A stretch of 64,000 bases of DNA from Podarcis melisellensis (lineage: Eukaryota): assembly GCA_964234715.1 (NCBI GenBank), contig OZ174292.1; one strand, written 5' to 3'. A program made the translations under genes and the position numbers. Position 1 is the stretch's first letter. Each line of letters begins with the position of its first letter. This document shows, piece after piece, positions 63,467-64,000 of the stretch. Under the pieces are notes generated by a model. That model made no database searches and was not told the DNA's origin. It saw only the letters and a list, made by a program, of their open reading frames with translations.

Positions 63467-64000
63467 GTTTTTATCTTGCATTTGTTGCATCTTGCAGTTG
63501 TTTATCTTTTATCTTTTTATCTTTTATTTACTTTATATTCCAATCTATCTTTTAGTGCACCATGGGCAATGCATTACTGTAGTATCACTACAGTCAAAAT
63601 AATAACAGCTGTAAGTAGCAGTTAGAGTTATTCAGGTTACTATCATTGATAAAACTGGCTGGCATGCAGCAGTTATATCTTACATTCCTTTTAGAAACTT
63701 AAATTGAGAATGTCATCACTGCACCAAGGCCCATTTCGGACTCTGATGCTTGTTGTGATGTACAGCAACAGTTGTGTGTGTGTTGTTGTTATTTTTAAAA
63801 TGAAACTGGCAACCAAAATAACTTCAGAAGGCCCAGTTAAACAAACACTTCTTTTTGACATTTAATGCAGTAGAAATGAGAATGTAAAAGGGCAGTCATG
63901 CACATCCTGGTCAACTTCACTTAAATCACCTTGCTTAATCTACTGTATGAATACTCAAAGCCCTGTCAACCACTTGACTTAAACAAATTATGCAAAAAGA

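Noticed and set aside
1-64000. CRISPR arrays, operons, rRNA or true tRNA genes
   Set aside because: Eukaryotic intron-exon locus; tRNA-like boxes belong to SINE heads and no repeat-spacer array was seen

Overview
Vertebrate genomic DNA, most likely from a squamate (probably a lacertid lizard, judging by Sauria SINEs, a Squam3-like SINE and BovB). The whole window lies inside PTPRD (receptor tyrosine phosphatase delta, LAR family) on the minus strand. Thirteen conventional coding exons (Ig2 through FN8 and the start of the membrane-proximal region) plus the 27-nt mini-exon meC can be placed to the base, with GT-AG boundaries and consistent phases. 47873-64000 is intron, and the next 3' exon lies left of the window. 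The known mini-exons meA3, meA6 and meB are not readable, but three of the four N-gaps fall where they belong. The introns around them lack recent transposons and hold several strong candidate microexons, including a 19+17 nt pair that keeps frame only when both are included. Other introns hold SINEs, LINE fragments, Tc1/mariner- and hAT-type MITEs and a solo LTR. There is also a very young Penelope-like insertion in (TA)n, with four alternating pseudo-LTRs each carrying a minimal hammerhead ribozyme motif, and a fifth hammerhead from another family.
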